A DNA stretch of 64,000 nucleotides, from positions 2,490,494 through 2,554,493 of the forward strand of contig NC_068998.1 of assembly GCF_001194135.2 (NCBI RefSeq), read 5' to 3'. A program made the position numbers and the translations under genes. The DNA comes from Octopus bimaculoides (Eukaryota). The notes under the pieces were generated by a model, which did not search any database, had not been told where the DNA came from, and saw only the letters and a list, made by a program, of their open reading frames with translations. Of this stretch, positions 62,985 through 64,000 are shown one piece after another; the first letter of the stretch is position 1, and every line of letters starts with the position of its first letter.

Positions 62985-63155
62985 GATCTCTTGATTTTCT
63001 AGAACTAGCAGCCAAATCTCCCTCTGATCACATCCTGCTGTCTTGTCCTAGGTTCGCTGAACAAGGTAAAAGACAGGATGATCAAAGCCGGCTTTGATCG
63101 TCAGCCTGCAAAAATCAGGGCTGACTTGGAACTAAACAACAACAATAACAACTGC
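62985..63155 (+). repeat. Dispersed repeat tail, family D. Other copies at about 30940-31160, 45230-45410, 48740-49000 (-), 58400-58610 and 63790-64000
   Basis: Recurrent TAGCAG(C/T)CAAATCTCCC..AAATCAC..CC..CTGTCTT..GGA.A.A..TGGATAATGT..CCTGGGG(C/T)TAAACAACAAC. Confidence 0.65.
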
Positions 63156-64000
63156 CAAGCAGTGGGAGGAGATTGTTTTTTTTTATATTTATTGCTTGTG
63201 GAAAAAGAAACGTAAATAAGGAAGTAGATGTTTAATAATAAAGGGCTGTAAAGAATAAAAAGGGACTCCCTAAGATTATATATCAGTGTTTATGTATGTG
63301 CATAAATATTGTACCCTGCCACCCCACCCCACTCCCTGCTTCATTTCATGCCCACTTCCTATGATGTTAGGTTAATGTCATCTACTTGTACATACACACA
63401 CACACTACACGTGTATACAAACAAACTATGTGGTATACACACATCCACACCAAGTATACTCACAAACATATAAATGTGATACATAAACTTTTACAGGCAC
63501 AAATAAAAAAAGCACACACACACACAAACAACATCTTCATACATCTATACACCAGTATACAACACTTCTACATACATAAGCCATGCATAGAATGTAGTGC
63601 TCCAGTATGGCCATTATCATGATGGCTAAAACAAACTAAAGAAAGGAAAACACCCACACGACATCTGCTTAAACTATCCATACATAAATGAAACAATAGT
63701 ACCAGGTTCAGTCCGACTGCATGGGACCTGGGATGGTCATGAATGGAATGCCCTTAATCATAGGTTTGCTCAATTGGGGCTTCTCTGGGAGTAAACAACA
63801 ACAACAACCACCAAATGGATGAGGCAGCAGACAAGGAAGGGTCAGAAAGTTTTATATGGTTGCTCAACCTGCAAGAAATAGCAGTCAAATCTCCCATGAA
63901 TCATACCTTGCTGTCTTGAAAAAAAAAAAGGAAGGACACATTGTACATTGTAAGACCTAGAGATGACTTGGTTGGAATATCTTTTGATTATAAGTCTTCT

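Larger units (their letters stand above)
1..64000. repeat. Dense simple microsatellites, e.g. (GA)n 1-40, 34691-34788, 42998-43066; (CT)n 5454-5536; (AC)n 14586-14622; (TAG)n 16912-16952, 39278-39347; (GT)n 25443-25494, 26558-26600, 55976-56020; (TA)n 61306-61349
   Basis: Read directly; many N-gaps begin or end in these tracts. Confidence 0.95.
32703..64000 (+). other. Integrin alpha intron 1 (probably >31 kb, continuing beyond the window)
   Basis: GT donor at 32703. I found no phase-2 exon encoding the expected (L/V)LVGAP in the sequenced bases downstream; it could lie in an N-gap. Confidence 0.6.

Noticed and set aside
1-64000. CRISPR arrays, operons, rRNA genes
   Set aside because: No regularly spaced repeat-spacer structure or rRNA similarity seen; the sequence is eukaryotic intergenic and intronic DNA.

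Overview
AT-rich eukaryotic draft-assembly DNA with 15 N-gaps, dense microsatellites and many SINE, LINE and DNA-transposon remnants. The SINE families resemble ones I recall from octopus genomes, so a coleoid cephalopod source is inferred, not proven. The only well-supported host gene feature is coding exon 1 of an integrin alpha subunit (32503-32702, +). No exon 2 is recognisable in the sequenced part downstream, so intron 1 probably exceeds 31 kb unless exon 2 lies in a gap. All long ORFs in the supplied track are N-run or microsatellite artefacts. The real protein-like ORFs are transposon fragments: hAT, Chapaev3/CMC-like, mariner, RTE, CR1-like and Ingi/Vingi-like. The most interesting signal is a roughly 290-nt repeat, seen three times, that joins a tRNA-derived Pol III head to a minimal Penelope-type hammerhead ribozyme; the core is complete at 57422-57467 on the minus strand. 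Half-hammerheads from two other repeats also occur. Other notable observations are a step in CpG decay inside the integrin intron, a C/D-box-like K-turn, a YY1+ETS promoter-like cluster, and a candidate recursive splice site or microexon.
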